A DNA stretch of 33,000 nt, taken from sequence record PP355768.1. One strand, written 5' to 3'. This document shows positions 8,606 through 18,567 of this stretch, in pieces (the stretch's first letter is position 1; every line of letters begins with the position of its first letter). The notes below the pieces were generated by a model. It was not told the DNA's origin. It did no database searches and worked only from the letters and a program-made list of their open reading frames with translations. The position numbers and the translations under genes were made by a program.

Positions 8606-9109
8606 TTAATTCCCCGCATATACATAAGCACGAAGCTGGTCGCCCCATCTACTCCAGTTGCCTTTAACTGTTTGAGAGTAAATCTTTTGCTTTTTATGTT
8701 CTGTTATGATTGGAGCGCTAGAACCTCCGGATGAACCTCCAGACGATTCTTCTGTCACTGTATATATTATCTCAACTGTATAGGTAAATGTCTTCTCTAG
8801 TGTTCTGGGGGCTTTCCACAAATATAAATCAGCAGTTTTTGGATTAGGTAAATCCTCCCACGCTGAAGCGGACTTTAGCTCATCGCCTTCACGGTATTTA
8901 AGCACATCGTTTCCAAAAGTAAAAACTGAGTTATAATTACCTTTATAATAGGTTTCAGACACAGAGATATCAGATACTGGTTGATAGTCGATAATATTTA
9001 TTGATTTTAATGTTTCGTTGGTAGATAATTGAGCAGTAAAGTACTGCTCAACGTATTCACCTTCTATTACTTCGCGTAACGTGGTATTAATAGGAAGTAT
9101 ATCAGCCAT
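8606..9109 (-). CDS. 5.1: gp5.1-like conserved baseplate-region protein
   Basis: MADILP..LYLW..KIYSQTVKGNWSRW..LR.YVY; lies between 5 and 5.4 as in T4. Confidence 0.85.
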   Translation of the reverse strand: MADILPINTTLREVIEGEYVEQYFTAQLSTNETLKSINIIDYQPVSDISVSETYYKGNYNSVFTFGNDVLKYREGDELKSASAWEDLPNPKTADLYLWKAPRTLEKTFTYTVEIIYTVTEESSGGSSGGSSAPIITEHKKQKIYSQTVKGNWSRWGDQLRAYVYAGN

Positions 9110-9111
9110 GA

Positions 9112-9849
9112 TTAACCTACATCAATTCGTGAACCATCAACAGTGTATTGACCTTGGGCGATTGAGCTCATAGAAGCCATTGTCTCAGTCCAAGCCCCGC
9201 CAACATTCCAATTCACAGTACCTGCTACTTGCCAAGTTAAGTTACCACCGACGGTTACGTCGTGGTTGCCATCTACTTTAGTAGTGGCATCACCGTTGAC
9301 TTGGATATCAGCATTTCCTTCAACGACTATCTTAATGTTACCCTTGACAAAAATAGTACCATCGCCTTCAATAGTTTTGGTTTCATTTCCACGTACATAA
9401 AGCGTGTTATCGCCATCAATTTGCTGTCGACGATTATACATGTTATAATAGGTCTCGTTCCCTCCAACGTTAACCTTCTTATCCCCAGAGATTAAAATAT
9501 TTCCATCGCCCTGAGTCATGTCATATAAATCGGCTACAGTTTTTCTGGTACGGCGTCCATCGGGAGCTACTTCTTCGTATGAACCTGTTGGGTGAACAAT
9601 ACGATAGCGTTCATAGCCAGGTGTATCATCAAACTCTTGGATATGACCTGATTCTGTTTCCATTGTGTGAACATATGGATACTGACCATTATATGAAGAC
9701 TCAGGTTCTTTGAAAAGAATTCTTGAATCTTCCGGAGTCCATGGGTCTTCAGGATTACCTCCAGACTTTGGTTCTACGTAAGCAGCAGACAGGTTTTTTC
9801 CTTCTGGCTTTGGAGCAGGAACTCCATATGATTCCATATTACCCGTTAG
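9112..9849 (-). pseudogene. 5: Baseplate hub/tail lysozyme gp5, C-terminal beta-helix fragment
   Basis: LTGNMESYGV..SRILFKEP..YPYVHTMETESGHIQEFDDTPG..VxGxxxxx repeats..DGSRIDVG. The OB-fold and lysozyme domains are absent. Confidence 0.95.
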
Positions 9850-9902
9850 TTGTGTCGTTTATTATGACTGGAGGATTGCTTTAGTTTAAGGGGCTTTGGC
9901 CC

Positions 9903-10925
9903 CTATACCTTCGCATATTTGTCAAGACGTAATTTAGCCATTAAACCTTGCGATATATTTTGATTAATATAATCCGTTATTTCAGAAGCAGTTGCCCCCT
10001 CTTTCATAATCATATCATTTATATCTTTGCTTTTCCAAGGCGACTTATCCCAGAAAACTACCTTTTCGCCAGCATCTACTAAACGTTTCATACGCTTAAT
10101 TGTATCAGGATGACGAGGTTCATGGTCCATAATCCACGCTCGGTTATCATGGCATGGAACTTGAGCTAAATCTAAAGACCCGCCAGTGATTGCAATAGCA
10201 TTATCAATGAACAATGAATCTATTGGTCCTTCCATGACGAATACGAGTTTTGACTCATCAATAGTGTCGAGACCATAAATTTTGGTCGCGTGTTCGTGGG
10301 CTTTGATTGTGATGTATTTTTGTGGAGCATTCTTTCGTAGTGCTCGTCCTTGAAACGACTCAATCTCTCCTTTCTTGTTGAAGATAGGAATAACCAAACG
10401 TGGTTCGTTCGTCTCATTCTTATAGGTTCCTGGATTAACGGAGTTAACAAGAGAAGGCCATTGGTTAGTAAACCATAACCTTTTCCAAGAAGTGCTTGGA
10501 ATACATCTGGCAGTCACGTATTTAACTATCGGATGTTCCTTAGGAAGTCTATCTAATCTCTCGCAGAAATTAAGTTTTTCTATTACGGGGAGTTTTGCAT
10601 TAATTTTCTCAGACGGTTCTACAGCCTTTGGCTTATCAAAGACCTGCTCCTTTCTTTTCTCAAGAAGATACTCTCGATAGAGGTCAGGTTCATTATCTTT
10701 AAGATACTGTGATAGCCACTTGTTATACTCACAGTTGAAGCAATGACAACGTAATCCTTGGCCTGCATCAAAAATCCAGAATCGGGCTTTATTGATATCT
10801 TTCTGTGAGTCACCACAAATTGGGCAACGGCAGTTTAACTTGAATGTTGAAGATGTAGTAACGTGTCTAAATTTAGGTAGGTGAGATATTGCACGAATTG
10901 CATACTCGTTATCAACCCAAGACAT
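9903..10925 (-). CDS. 61: DNA primase gp61 (appears intact)
   Basis: Zinc-binding RCPICGDS..HCFNC and TOPRIM EGPIDSLF / DHEPR motifs; 340 aa. Confidence 0.96.
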   Translation of the reverse strand: MSWVDNEYAIRAISHLPKFRHVTTSSTFKLNCRCPICGDSQKDINKARFWIFDAGQGLRCHCFNCEYNKWLSQYLKDNEPDLYREYLLEKRKEQVFDKPKAVEPSEKINAKLPVIEKLNFCERLDRLPKEHPIVKYVTARCIPSTSWKRLWFTNQWPSLVNSVNPGTYKNETNEPRLVIPIFNKKGEIESFQGRALRKNAPQKYITIKAHEHATKIYGLDTIDESKLVFVMEGPIDSLFIDNAIAITGGSLDLAQVPCHDNRAWIMDHEPRHPDTIKRMKRLVDAGEKVVFWDKSPWKSKDINDMIMKEGATASEITDYINQNISQGLMAKLRLDKYAKV

Positions 10926-10941
10926 AATATTTCCTCTGGCC

Positions 10942-11127
10942 TTAAACTAATAAGGCCATTTTATCACTTTTTCTTGGCAGCATCTTTATCCGCTTTCGTT
11001 TCTTTGGAAGGGTTTCGGGTCCTTTATTGACAATGTCACCGGAAGTGGTACCTGATGCAATATTCTGTGGATTGCCGCCAGCATCACCTGCGACCATCTC
11101 AGTAACAAACTCTTTGTATGTTTTCAT
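10942..11127 (-). CDS. 61.1: gp61.1-like small protein with a capsid-targeting-like N-terminus
   Basis: MKTYKEFVTEMVAGDAGGNPQNIASGTTSG..VNKGPE matches T4 61.1. Confidence 0.85.
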   Translation of the reverse strand: MKTYKEFVTEMVAGDAGGNPQNIASGTTSGDIVNKGPETLPKKRKRIKMLPRKSDKMALLV

Positions 11128-11142
11128 AGAGCCTCCTACTAT

Positions 11143-11352
11143 TTATTCATGCGTAATACGTAAGCATTTATATGTAGGATACAGCGTCGGAGACATTGAT
11201 TTTGGATTGTCTTTGATAAGCATAAACTGCTTGCCTGTATCTTCACACTTTTGCTTAATCACGGCTTCATCTTTACCAGTGAATGCCATCTTTTCAGTAG
11301 ACATTCCACCTGAACCAGTAGATAGCGCCATTATTAAAACGTACGTAATCAT
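11143..11352 (-). CDS. Small hypothetical exported/membrane protein
   Basis: MITYVLIMALSTGSGG.. hydrophobic N-terminus and two Cys; ATG overlaps the spackle stop. Confidence 0.6.
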   Translation of the reverse strand: MITYVLIMALSTGSGGMSTEKMAFTGKDEAVIKQKCEDTGKQFMLIKDNPKSMSPTLYPTYKCLRITHE

Positions 11353-11639
11353 CCTAAAATCCACTTAACGATGTTGAAGTTATCAAACTGAGCATCACAG
11401 TAAAGAACATAATTCAACTTAAGTGCTGCGCCGTCGTCTTTAAGTTCTGCTTGCACTTCTGTCTGTTTGCTCGGGTCTACGTTTTCAACAATATGACCAA
11501 CATCTGCACGAATCTGCTGAGCTACTTCAGATTCATCAGCGGTCATTGACCATTCGCACAGGTCTTTATCATAGTTGGCCATAGCAGGAACTGCAGAGCA
11601 ACTTGATACTGCGAACACTAAAGCAAGTACAATCTTTTT
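11349..11639 (-). pseudogene. sp: Spackle periplasmic inhibitor of gp5 lysozyme, with start codon and RBS lost
   Basis: KKIVLALVFAVSSCSAVPAMANYDKDLCEWSMTAD..LNYVLYCD matches T4 Spackle; the junction at the T8 run removes the ATG. Confidence 0.88.
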
Positions 11640-11641
11640 TT

Positions 11642-11677
11642 TCCACCAACTGTTGAACCTGCTTTTAAATCGGCCAT
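11642..11677 (-). pseudogene. 36: Long tail fibre distal connector gp36, first 12 codons
   Basis: MADLKAGSTVGG (T4: MADLKVGSTTGG) after an AGAGGA RBS and late promoter, downstream of gene 35. Confidence 0.85.
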
Positions 11678-11700
11678 AGTTTATCCTCTTATATATTTTC

Positions 11701-11708
11701 TATTTATA
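11701..11708 (-). promoter_or_regulatory. T4 late promoter for gene 36
   Basis: TATAAATA on the minus strand. Confidence 0.85.
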
Positions 11709-11710
11709 CG

Positions 11711-11736
11711 AAAAAAGGAAGCCCGAAGGCTTCCTT
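11711..11736 (-). terminator. Intrinsic terminator after gene 35
   Basis: AAGGAAGCC TTCG GGCTTCC TTTTTT. Confidence 0.9.
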
Positions 11737-12871
11737 AATCAGATGTTTCTCTGAACGATTGAACTGGAATAACACCGCTCGGATCGACTTTTGAATTTGG
11801 AAGTTCCATAATCATAGTGGTTCCTCCTTCAACGCCTTTATTCATTCTTACGCCATTCACGCCAAATTCTTGAACAACACTGTTAAGTTTTTCGCTGTGT
11901 GCGGTTTGAACAAATACAAGGTTTTTGATTTTAGAATCACCAACTACGGACGTTTTTGGATATCGTGATACCACAATAGTAAATCCATCAGCGTCTGTAG
12001 GAACAGCGGTAAATCTTTCAAATCTTAGCCATCTATCAGCTCCATTTTTTGGAATTTCTAATGATACGCTTGAAGATAATAAAGATGTACCTTTGAACCA
12101 TCTCAAGTTAGCCCTAGTAGTAGAACCTGCGTCAAGAAGGCTTTTAGATGCATACATATCACACACTAAAAACACCGAATCCCCGGGAGATAATCCATAA
12201 TCAGCGATTTTGCTTATAGATTCATTTTGAACTGGATATCGCTTATATTCATATCCAGTAGAATCCGAGTACTCATTAGTGTCTTCAATGGAACGATAAG
12301 GGCAACCTGTATATCCTACATCGCCAACGTTATCATATACCGTATCTACTTTAGCTCTGGAATCTTCTTTGACTACACCGTCATTTCCGTAAAATGATTC
12401 GATTAATATACGTCCTTTTGCTGCTCCAAGCACTCCAACATAGGCAGAGTTTGGAAATGATTTAGAAAAGTCAGAACCTGGCCAAGAAGCAGACCACTTG
12501 TTTTTAAACCATCTATCTATCAACGGACTGGATTGAAATCGTTCATGCGTCATTATAATATACAATCCCGAAGTTAATCCATTTGCATATTCTACAAACG
12601 CTTTGTTATTAGCGTTGTTATCATCAGTGGTAACATCAAAAGTTTTAAAGTTAATAAAACTATTGCCGTTAACCTGAACGACATTAATCCCCCTCCGTAA
12701 GGAGGAGGTCATATCAAAGGCACCATTAATATTCAATTCTGGCTTATTAGGAACAGCATTAGAATGCGTAGCATAAGCTTTTAGCCAATACTTCACAGAG
12801 TTTGCCTCAGAGAGGATTCGTGTTTCCACGAAATCCTCGCCAAAGGCTGCCATTAAAATTGGATCAGCCAT
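11735..12871 (-). CDS. 35: Long tail fibre hinge/proximal connector gp35 (appears intact)
   Basis: 378 aa between the gene 34 C-terminus and the gene 36 start; MA..MAAFG..LSEANSVKY and the terminal QEFG.NG.RM pattern fit gp35. Confidence 0.85.
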   Translation of the reverse strand: MADPILMAAFGEDFVETRILSEANSVKYWLKAYATHSNAVPNKPELNINGAFDMTSSLRRGINVVQVNGNSFINFKTFDVTTDDNNANNKAFVEYANGLTSGLYIIMTHERFQSSPLIDRWFKNKWSASWPGSDFSKSFPNSAYVGVLGAAKGRILIESFYGNDGVVKEDSRAKVDTVYDNVGDVGYTGCPYRSIEDTNEYSDSTGYEYKRYPVQNESISKIADYGLSPGDSVFLVCDMYASKSLLDAGSTTRANLRWFKGTSLLSSSVSLEIPKNGADRWLRFERFTAVPTDADGFTIVVSRYPKTSVVGDSKIKNLVFVQTAHSEKLNSVVQEFGVNGVRMNKGVEGGTTMIMELPNSKVDPSGVIPVQSFRETSD

Positions 12872-13396
12872 TAATCACCTACCCATTCAAATTTGAGAGT
12901 TTGGTTTGGACGGTCTGGCCAGATTTTAACTGGACCAAGCTTAATCCATTCCAAAACTTCAAGGGTTTTAACCTGAGTTGATACTGAGCTTGGAGCTCCG
13001 ATATCAGCTGCAGTTGGAGGAGTAGCAGACGTGAACACTCGCATCCAATCATCAAACTTATTAAGGTTTGGATTATAAATCCTCATCCACACAGTATGCG
13101 CGAAACGCTTATCCGCAGTTTCGGTTGTCGGAGGATAAGGTGTCCAAAGCTGATAAGTATTGTTTGTAGTTACACCAACTTGAGTTAAAACACCACCAGC
13201 TGCAGTTTTTTCTTCATATCCGGTCACTACTAAAGTGCTTGGGTTAGCAGGGTCAATCGGTGTTCTGATCGGAACCATATAACCACGAAGGCCTTTTAAC
13301 TTAGTAGCGTCTTTAATTTCAACAGTCCAAGAACCTTGTCTTATTACGGTTTCATTCGTTGGCACATACCAGGATTCAGAACCCGTAATGACGATA
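12871..13396 (-). pseudogene. 34: Long tail fibre proximal subunit gp34, C-terminal fragment
   Basis: GYMVP..GYEEK..VFTSATPPTAADIGA..WIKLGPVKIWPD..TLKFEWV, typical gp34 end; TAATG overlap with gene 35. Confidence 0.88.
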
Positions 13397-13399
13397 GCA

Positions 13400-13843
13400 A
13401 TGAAATCGTTACTTGCTGTTATTGTTGCTCTCACGCTGACTGGTTGTCAAATGCCACAAGGTGATATCGTCCCGGCTTCTTCTGTTGGACAGGTGCGAGC
13501 AATTGGCGGTACTGTAGGATACTATCGTGCTAGCAACCAGGTCTCTGCTGAATCGCTCGCGGTTGAGCGTCGGTTGGCGAAAGAAAAAGCTAATCCTAAT
13601 CGTCAGCTATCTGCGATGGAACTCGACATGATTGAGCAGAATAAGCATGAGCTGGAAGAAATTAAGCGTCTGCGTAAAACTCAAAAAGAACGTACATGTA
13701 CTGCTCAAGCGGCAGCAGTGAATGACCAGATTCGTTTAACTGATTTTGCTAACGGCGGATTGAGTTATAATGAGCATAAACAACGTATGGAGCAGTTAAA
13801 ATCTCTCCAAAATCACATCTACAACAAATGCATGTCTAACTGA
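13400..13843 (+). CDS. Lipoprotein, probably imm.1-like
   Basis: MKSLLAVIVALTLTGC lipobox; lies just upstream of an imm-like start and gene 42, as in T4 order. The RBS appears lost at the junction. Confidence 0.6.
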   Translation: MKSLLAVIVALTLTGCQMPQGDIVPASSVGQVRAIGGTVGYYRASNQVSAESLAVERRLAKEKANPNRQLSAMELDMIEQNKHELEEIKRLRKTQKERTCTAQAAAVNDQIRLTDFANGGLSYNEHKQRMEQLKSLQNHIYNKCMSN

Positions 13844-13853
13844 GGAGATTAAC

Positions 13854-13879
13854 ATGGAAGCAGTATTTGGTTTAATCAT
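13854..13879 (+). pseudogene. Probable start of the superinfection immunity gene imm (first ~8 codons)
   Basis: GAGGAG RBS followed by MEAVFGLI; position between the imm.1-like gene and gene 42; followed by an out-of-frame jump into gene 42. Confidence 0.45.
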
Positions 13880-14389
13880 GGTGAAACCCCAGCTATTTGG
13901 AAAGCAATTGCATCCAAACATGGTGAGATTAATTCTAACTATGGCTGGGCAGTTTGGTCATCACAAAACTATTCACAGTTTGCTAACTGTGCAAAAGAAC
14001 TTATCAGCAATCCTGATTCTCGCCGCGGAATTATGATTTATACACGACCTCAAATGCAGTATGATTTTGAGCGCGATGGCATGAGTGATTTCATGTGTAC
14101 TAACAATGTTCAGTATCTGATTCGTGATAATAAAGTTCATGCTGTTGTAAACATGCGTTCTAACGATGTCGTCTTTGGATATCGTAATGACTATGCGTGG
14201 CAGCTCTATGTTCTGGAACAGTTAACCAAACTTCTGAATGCATCAGGTAAAAATTATTCAGTTGGCGACATTATTTGGAACGTCGGGTCTTTGCACGTGT
14301 ATGAGCGTCATTTCTATCTTGTAGATAACTATGCTCACACGGGTGAAACTCATATTGCAAAGAAAGATTATAAAGGTGAATGGAAATGA
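13880..14389 (+). pseudogene. 42: dCMP hydroxymethylase gp42, C-terminal two-thirds
   Basis: GETPAIW..GEINSNYGWAVW..PDSRRGIMIYTRP..DFMCTNNVQYLIR..MRSNDVVFG..GSLHVYERHF; in frame from 13880, with the catalytic Cys region present. Confidence 0.94.
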
Positions 14390-14796
14390 TTCAGTTTGTA
14401 ATTCCAAGTTATAAGCGCGCCGGGGCAGTTACTGCCCTGACTATGTTTCCTGAAGGTTATGTTCCACATCTTGTAGTACGTGAATCAGAAAAAGAAGCAT
14501 ACGAAACTTGGCACGGTCATGCTGCTAAAATCGTTACTGTCCCCGATGATGTTGATGGAATTGCAGGAACTCGTCGTCTGATTACTGAAATGTATGCAGG
14601 ACAACGAATTTGGATGCTTGATGACGATACGACCATTCATCTGACTGAAATTCGTGAACGCGACGATCGCCGTGTTCCACTTGGTGTCGGCGAGGCAATG
14701 AGCCAAGAGGTATTTGATGATATGGTCAAATACGTAGAGACTGCTATGGATTGTGGTTATTATCATGGTCATGCTCGCTTGCCGATTTTCAAAATA
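14386..14796 (+). pseudogene. beta-glucosyl-HMC-alpha-glucosyltransferase, N-terminal half
   Basis: MIQFVIPSYKR.GAV..GIAGTRR..IWMLDDD..AMDCGYYHGHARLPIFKI matches the T2/T6-type enzyme; truncated at ~14796. Confidence 0.85.
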
Positions 14797-15324
14797 CCTC
14801 GGAGAGTATTCCTCCTCGAGGGATTTAAACACTTTCTTATCGTATAGATTAACACATTCTATCCCGTGCCTGCGAGCTATATCAACAGCTACTCTCGTCC
14901 CTCCAGATACACTCCCGCATCTTTTCTCAGGCGCCCAATATAATACCTTATCTACAGGCTCAGTGCATTCTAGGCCCAATACCTGCATAGAATTCCGTGC
15001 GAATAAAGTCTGCACTATCTTCGAGCATTCATCCCAGTACGACGTAACTTCTCTCGCCTTAATGATGCTTTTGATTTTGGCTTCGTTTGATAATTCAGAC
15101 CATACAACAACACCTGTACCAGGAACATGGCCACAAAAGCCAGAATAAGGAATAATCCTACAAGAATTTGACCTATCGTATTTCGCCAACCACGCTTCAT
15201 CTGAACCCGGAGCTCCACCTGAATATGAAAAATGCCCCTCTTCCGAGAGGCGTTGACCTATTGTAGTCATTAGACTCAGAACTCTGCGTGGCGCTTCTCG
15301 TGAACCAATAAGCGCCAATCTCAT
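14797..15324 (-). CDS. SLOG-superfamily (DprA/YpsA-like) protein, last few residues probably lost
   Basis: LIGSR, SGGAPGSD, LFARN and GGT..AV..A....I..VNL motifs of the SLOG Rossmannoid fold. The ORF-track tail after ..EEYSPR is read-through. Confidence 0.75.
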
Positions 15325-16331
15325 TATTCTAAAACCTCATGCCATTTACTACGAATAGTGTTTTGAATTAAAGTAGTGATTTCTTTCTTAACAGCAGAAG
15401 GATTATCAGCGAATAGCATGTCATGACCTTCACGTGCTGCTTCGTTAATGATATCTTTCATAGTCAGACCCATAACACGACCGAAATCTTTAGCAGTTAC
15501 AGTACCAATATGAGACAGAACGTTACTTACACGGTTCCAGGTTACATATTCAGAAAAGATTTCCAGAACACGCTTATCATTCTCGGTGAGTTCAACCTTC
15601 GCTTTAATAGGCTTATCGGATTTAGCCTTCTCACTGAACTTAGAGTTCTTACACTTAATAGCAACACGAGTACCATTATTGAAGAACTTAGGATGAACCG
15701 GCTTAAGAACATAGCCTTCAGCTACGCCAGTTTCAGAAGAAGCCTGCGGACCGAACACATGTTTATTTGCGTGTTCAAGGTCAGTCGTGTTAACAAGTTC
15801 ATTATAGTAATTGACAATAGATTTAAAGTCATTTACATACTGAGATAGCTCGGCAAATGAACCTCGACCAAGAAGTGGAGCCAATTTAAGACCAAGACCA
15901 GTAGCAAACGATTCTACTACATAATCGTCCCAATAAACTTTTTCATTACCGGAATCCGACAGGATATCAAATACGTAGAAATCTTTCTCACCATAATCTA
16001 CGCCTTTCTGAATACCACCGCCAGCAAATTCGCCGAAGATTTGAACAGATACTAAATCCATGGCGTTCAGCATGTTCTGCATCTTAACGAAAGAATCCTT
16101 ATATTTCTTCATGATAATATCATGACCAAAGAAACTTTCACTTTCTAAAATAGGTCCAGTACGCTTAGCCGGAACGATTTCGGTAGGAGTAATAATCACA
16201 CTGAAGTTAGTGCCATGAATCTTCTCACGAGCCACCCACTCAACAGTATGCATATCAAAACCAGCACCGCGAATCTTCTCGATGAACTTACCGTTGTAAT
16301 GATTCTCAAGACTAGAATATTTTGCAAACAT
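15324..16331 (-). CDS. rnlB: RNA ligase 2 (appears intact)
   Basis: KYSSLENHY, motif I EKIHGTNFS, GEFAG, EGYVLKP and AIKCKNSKFSEK; 335 aa. Confidence 0.96.
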   Translation of the reverse strand: MFAKYSSLENHYNGKFIEKIRGAGFDMHTVEWVAREKIHGTNFSVIITPTEIVPAKRTGPILESESFFGHDIIMKKYKDSFVKMQNMLNAMDLVSVQIFGEFAGGGIQKGVDYGEKDFYVFDILSDSGNEKVYWDDYVVESFATGLGLKLAPLLGRGSFAELSQYVNDFKSIVNYYNELVNTTDLEHANKHVFGPQASSETGVAEGYVLKPVHPKFFNNGTRVAIKCKNSKFSEKAKSDKPIKAKVELTENDKRVLEIFSEYVTWNRVSNVLSHIGTVTAKDFGRVMGLTMKDIINEAAREGHDMLFADNPSAVKKEITTLIQNTIRSKWHEVLE

Positions 16332-16341
16332 TATAATTTCC

Positions 16342-16599
16342 TTAGAATGTGATTTTCATAAAGTCAGTATCACCGTTACGCTGGGAACTGGTATAATTTG
16401 TAACAAATCCTTCATCATGCAAATAATTAAGAACACTTGTAATATGTTTCTTAACTAAACTGCTAGGATACATAATTAGCTCACGTTGACCCGCTAAAGC
16501 GGTTTTCTCAATCTGAGTTAATACTTCTTCTTTTGCTGCTGATAATTCTTCTGTGGCTACGTTAATAGCTGTATTAGCCATTCTATCGGCAAGGTTCAT
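16342..16599 (-). CDS. 24.2: gp24.2-like hypothetical protein
   Basis: Size, position upstream of rnlB and ..SQR.G..KITF end. Confidence 0.7.
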   Translation of the reverse strand: MNLADRMANTAINVATEELSAAKEEVLTQIEKTALAGQRELIMYPSSLVKKHITSVLNYLHDEGFVTNYTSSQRNGDTDFMKITF

Positions 16600-16622
16600 A
16601 ATTTTTCTCTCAATAAATAATT

Positions 16623-16925
16623 TATCAGTTAGGTCAAAATGTTCAACGTAAGATTACTGCGCAGAAATACATTTATTCCGGTGAGCAATTACAGCCTGAA
16701 TTACAACGCAACGAAGGAATTATCATTCCTGAGTTCTCTGAACTTGATTTAGAACCAATAAAAAATATTGATGCTCTTGCTGATATTTCTGATGTGCAAT
16801 ACGCAGAAAGCGATGCAATTAATAAAGAAGCCGCTGAATATGTTCATCCGTATTATGTTAATAACGGAAGAGGACTTGAGTCCCCTCCTAAAGCAGATTC
16901 GTTTGATGACGGGTTCTTCGAATAA
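16623..16925 (+). pseudogene. 14: Neck protein gp14, C-terminal fragment
   Basis: [50 protein letters not shown]; not in the ORF track. Confidence 0.9.
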
Positions 16926-16966
16926 ATAAAATAAAGATGGGACCTTTGGGTCCCTTAGGAGAAATC

Positions 16967-17791
16967 ATGTTTGGACATTGGTATAATTCGTCCTTACGCC
17001 GATACATTGTATTGCTTGGAGATTTATTTTCTCATGTACAAATTGCTCGTTGGCGTGAAGACACTGGACTAAAATATATTAAAGTACCTATCACTTATGC
17101 TTCAAAGGAAAAGTTCCTTTCTCAACTCGGAAAATGGACTGCTGTTCAGTCTACCGAGAATAAAGCAAAGATAGAAACTGTTTTGCCAAGAATGAATTTA
17201 CACTTGGTTGATATGCAATACAACGCGATGTATAAAACATCACAGTTGAATAGAACCAAATCATATAAAACCCCTTCAAAAATTACATCTCAGTATAATC
17301 CTACTCCGATTAAGATGATTTTTGAGTTGGGGATTTATACGCGGAACCAAGATGATATGTATCAAATCATCGAGCAAATCGTTCCTTATTTTCAGCCGCA
17401 TTTTAACACGACTATAACTGAACTTTACGACAAAGACACAAGTTTTAACCGTGATGTTAGAATTGTATTACAGTCATTTTCTCCGGATGAAGCTGTTGAT
17501 GGAGATAATATCACTCGTCGTAGATTAGAATGGTCGCTGATGTTTGAAGTCAATGGATGGTTATATCCTCCTGTTGCCGAAGTTGACGGCGAAATTAGAA
17601 CCATTTATTTAGATTTCTTCGCTAACAGCAAAGAGTTAACACCAGAAGGAAATTTTGAATCTGTGGATAGCGAAGTTACTCCACGTGATGTCCAGCACGA
17701 AAATTGGGATGGTTCTAGCAAACAGACGTATTCTCACGATATTCCTATTCCGGTAAATCCGGAGGCTCCTGGACCGAGAGGTGAAAAATGA
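16967..17791 (+). CDS. 15: Tail sheath stabiliser/terminator gp15 (appears intact)
   Basis: [49 protein letters not shown]; AGGAGA RBS. Confidence 0.95.
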   Translation: MFGHWYNSSLRRYIVLLGDLFSHVQIARWREDTGLKYIKVPITYASKEKFLSQLGKWTAVQSTENKAKIETVLPRMNLHLVDMQYNAMYKTSQLNRTKSYKTPSKITSQYNPTPIKMIFELGIYTRNQDDMYQIIEQIVPYFQPHFNTTITELYDKDTSFNRDVRIVLQSFSPDEAVDGDNITRRRLEWSLMFEVNGWLYPPVAEVDGEIRTIYLDFFANSKELTPEGNFESVDSEVTPRDVQHENWDGSSKQTYSHDIPIPVNPEAPGPRGEK

Positions 17792-17958
17792 GTGACTTAC
17801 AATTAGATATGGCTAAATTACTAGACATCGAAGGAATTCCCGGAATAGAAGGGCAAGAAATTCCAGTTTATGAAAAATTAGAATTAGTCGAAGTTAAATC
17901 TAATCCAAATGATCGTAAACCTGACCTCGAAGACGACTATTCTGTCGTTCGTAAGAAT
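17788..17958 (+). pseudogene. 16: Terminase small subunit gp16, N-terminal ~57 codons
   Basis: [35 protein letters not shown], then a break. Confidence 0.92.
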
Positions 17959-17960
17959 CT

Positions 17961-18170
17961 GAATGTGTTGATATATTAGCGCTTGAATTAGATTCAGCAT
18001 TCAGCGATGGAGTAAAAGATTCACGTAGCCCGGCCCAGTGGACAACACTAATAAATCGTAAGGCTAAGAGCATGAAAGATTTATGTGTCAATGCTCCTAA
18101 CGAAAATATATGTTTAATGTATCGTGACCAATTAATGGCTCGTTATATGTCAGGACTATCGTCAAAATGA
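17961..18170 (+). pseudogene. vs: Valyl-tRNA synthetase modifier Vs-like protein, C-terminal fragment
   Basis: [37 protein letters not shown] has the Cys spacing and GLS end of T4 Vs; sits upstream of the tk.4-like gene. Confidence 0.65.
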
Positions 18171-18559
18171 AAAAAGCAGCTATTTTATTATGCTGTGCAT
18201 TTTCAGTTAATGCCTGGGAAAAGCTCCCAGGCTATCCTGAACCTGTACTAGCGGCGCAGGGGACTAAAATAGAAAGCAACGGTCCATTCAAGAACAATAT
18301 TGAAATAGCATTTGTGCCTAGTAGTAGAAAACTGCTAATGTCATTTTATAATTACCAAGATAAAGATGACCAAGTGATAGTTCCACATGTTGAGTATAAT
18401 GCTCGCGGATGTGGAATGCAGAGCGATGGCGTTTCTATTGACGGAGTAATGCACCCTAAAGAACAAGGAGTGCTGAACCCTATCCTTAACTGTAACAATG
18501 CTATATTTTTAAGAGTATACAATAATCTTAATGAATATGCAACATATAAAATTCCATAG
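18167..18559 (+). CDS. Hypothetical secreted protein
   Basis: MKKAAILLCCAFSVNA signal peptide; ATGA overlap with vs. Confidence 0.7.
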   Translation: MKKAAILLCCAFSVNAWEKLPGYPEPVLAAQGTKIESNGPFKNNIEIAFVPSSRKLLMSFYNYQDKDDQVIVPHVEYNARGCGMQSDGVSIDGVMHPKEQGVLNPILNCNNAIFLRVYNNLNEYATYKIP

Positions 18560-18567
18560 GTGAATAA

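Noticed and set aside
9112-9500. Periodic Val-x-Gly pattern as a DNA repeat or CRISPR-like array
   Set aside because: It is the protein-level octapeptide repeat of the gp5 beta-helix; no direct DNA repeats with spacers were seen anywhere in the window.
16939-16954. GGGACC-TTTG-GGTCCC hairpin before gene 15 as a terminator
   Set aside because: No U-tract follows and it lies inside the late neck/tail operon; its role cannot be assigned from sequence, so it is not listed as a feature.
17900-18091. Minus-strand 63-aa ORF resembling a membrane peptide
   Set aside because: The plus strand here encodes a Vs-like C-terminus that fits local gene order; the minus ORF crosses the 17960 junction.
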